A stretch of 27,680 bases of DNA, taken from IMG/VR virus record IMGVR_UViG_2585427778_000003, one strand, 5' to 3'. Below the pieces are notes generated by a model. That model saw only the letters and a list, made by a program, of their open reading frames with translations. It had not been told where the DNA came from and did no database searches. Both the position numbers and the translations under genes were made by a program. Positions 26,688 to 27,680 of the stretch are shown here, piece by piece (within the stretch, counting starts at the first letter, position 1; every line of letters starts with the position of its first letter). This DNA is from a virus (Duplodnaviria; Heunggongvirae; Uroviricota; Caudoviricetes).

Positions 26688-27680
26688 ATGTCGATTAAGA
26701 AGCTTGATGATGGTCGTTTTGAAGTGGACGTTAGACCGCGCGGAACCTCAGGAAGAAGGATTCGACGCAAATTTGACAGAAAGGCGGAAGCACAGGCATA
26801 CGAGCGGTATGTACTGACAAACTTTCACGATAAAGAATGGCAGGATAAACCCGCAGACAGGAGGCTTGTATCCGAGTTAATTTCTTTATGGTGGAGCTAC
26901 CATGGAAAGAATCACAACTATGGTGACTCATATAAAAAGCGTTTGGAAAAAATCAACCGAGAAATGGCGGAACCCAGAGTGTACGAGCTTACCCGCAACT
27001 TTCTGATGAAATATCGTGCAGAACGACTTCATAGTGGAGTATCTGCTGGCACGGTAAACAGGGATTTCTGTTCCATGTCCAGCATGTTCAGTTTGCTGAT
27101 AGATATGGAAGAATTTCATCACGAAAACCCGTTTCGCGCCGTGAAGAAGTTACGTCTGGAAAACACAGAAATGTCATTTCTGTCCGAAGAAGAGATCCAC
27201 CATTTGCTGAATGCCCTTACAGGGGATGATCGCAGAGTTGTCGTTCTTTGCCTGAATACAGGAGCACGATGGGGTGAAGCCAGTAATCTTAAAGCTGAAA
27301 ACGTGATAAGTAACCGTGTGACCTTTGTTAAGACCAAAACCGGCCCAGCTCGTACTGTTCCGATATCGAAGGAAATCGCGGACTACATCCTTACACGCAA
27401 ATCGGGGAAATTGTTCGATACCAACTATGAGCGAGTTCGCGATGTTCTTCGTAAGATTAAGCCAGACTTGCCGAAAGGTCAGGCACTGCATGTTTTACGC
27501 CATACCTTCGCAACACATTTCATGATCAACGGCGGGAATATCATCACGCTACAGCGTATTTTGGGTCATACAACAATCGAGCAAACAATGACATATGCTC
27601 ACTTCGCCCCAGATTATCTGACTGATGCCATACGATTTAACCCTATGCGTGGGAGTGTCCACATAATGTCCACCGACTAG
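26688..27680 (+). CDS. int: Tyrosine integrase, P2 Int-like, 330 aa
   Basis: MSIKKLDDGRFEVDVRP and catalytic-region motifs (LNTGARWGEA, HVLRHTFATHF, GHT..EQTM.YAH) match remembered P2 Int; GGAGG 8 nt upstream of ATG 26688; stop is the last codon of the window. Confidence 0.9.
   Translation: MSIKKLDDGRFEVDVRPRGTSGRRIRRKFDRKAEAQAYERYVLTNFHDKEWQDKPADRRLVSELISLWWSYHGKNHNYGDSYKKRLEKINREMAEPRVYELTRNFLMKYRAERLHSGVSAGTVNRDFCSMSSMFSLLIDMEEFHHENPFRAVKKLRLENTEMSFLSEEEIHHLLNALTGDDRRVVVLCLNTGARWGEASNLKAENVISNRVTFVKTKTGPARTVPISKEIADYILTRKSGKLFDTNYERVRDVLRKIKPDLPKGQALHVLRHTFATHFMINGGNIITLQRILGHTTIEQTMTYAHFAPDYLTDAIRFNPMRGSVHIMSTD

Larger units (their letters stand above)
1021..27680. mobile_element. P2-family prophage, near complete; left boundary uncertain (may extend into 1..1020), right end continues past integrase beyond window
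   Basis: Contiguous P2-order modules: int-C-cox, replication, ogr, Q-P divergent from O-N-M-L, tail and lysis genes; recognised from translated ORFs by similarity to remembered P2 proteins (Int, C, Cox, Ogr, M N-terminus MxxSPAQRH). Confidence 0.85.

Overview
The window is almost entirely one P2-family (Peduovirus-like) temperate prophage of an enterobacterial host, in prophage gene order, with the right end cut at the integrase stop codon, so attL/attR are not both visible. All calls rest on reading the six-frame translations and the raw sequence; no database search was run. Left to right: an ORF-free ~1 kb region (1..1020) with a dense array of GTGATG/CRTCAC repeats; a minus-strand late block (1021..17876) with three unresolved tail-distal genes, tail fiber and assembly chaperone, baseplate I/J/W-like genes, a tape-measure gene interrupted by an in-frame TGA, a tail chaperone with a -1 frameshift site, a lysis cassette (Rz1/Rz/endolysin/holin) embedded in the tail module, tube, sheath, R/S-like completion genes, and the P2 head genes L, M, N, O; a divergent late control region; plus-strand terminase ATPase P and portal Q; an Ogr/Delta-type zinc-finger activator; an AT-rich single-gene moron encoding a soluble GT8-like glycosyltransferase (21286..22005) in the slot where P2 carries old/tin; a minus-strand replication block (P4-alpha/HP1-Rep-like primase-helicase, DEDDh exonuclease, small hypothetical, Cox); then the C repressor and P2-type tyrosine integrase. 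The most interesting candidates are the glycosyltransferase moron, the interrupted tape-measure gene, the frameshift site, and the repeat array at the left end. The phage is a mosaic: P2-like head, immunity and integration modules, but a tail and replication module that differ from P2.
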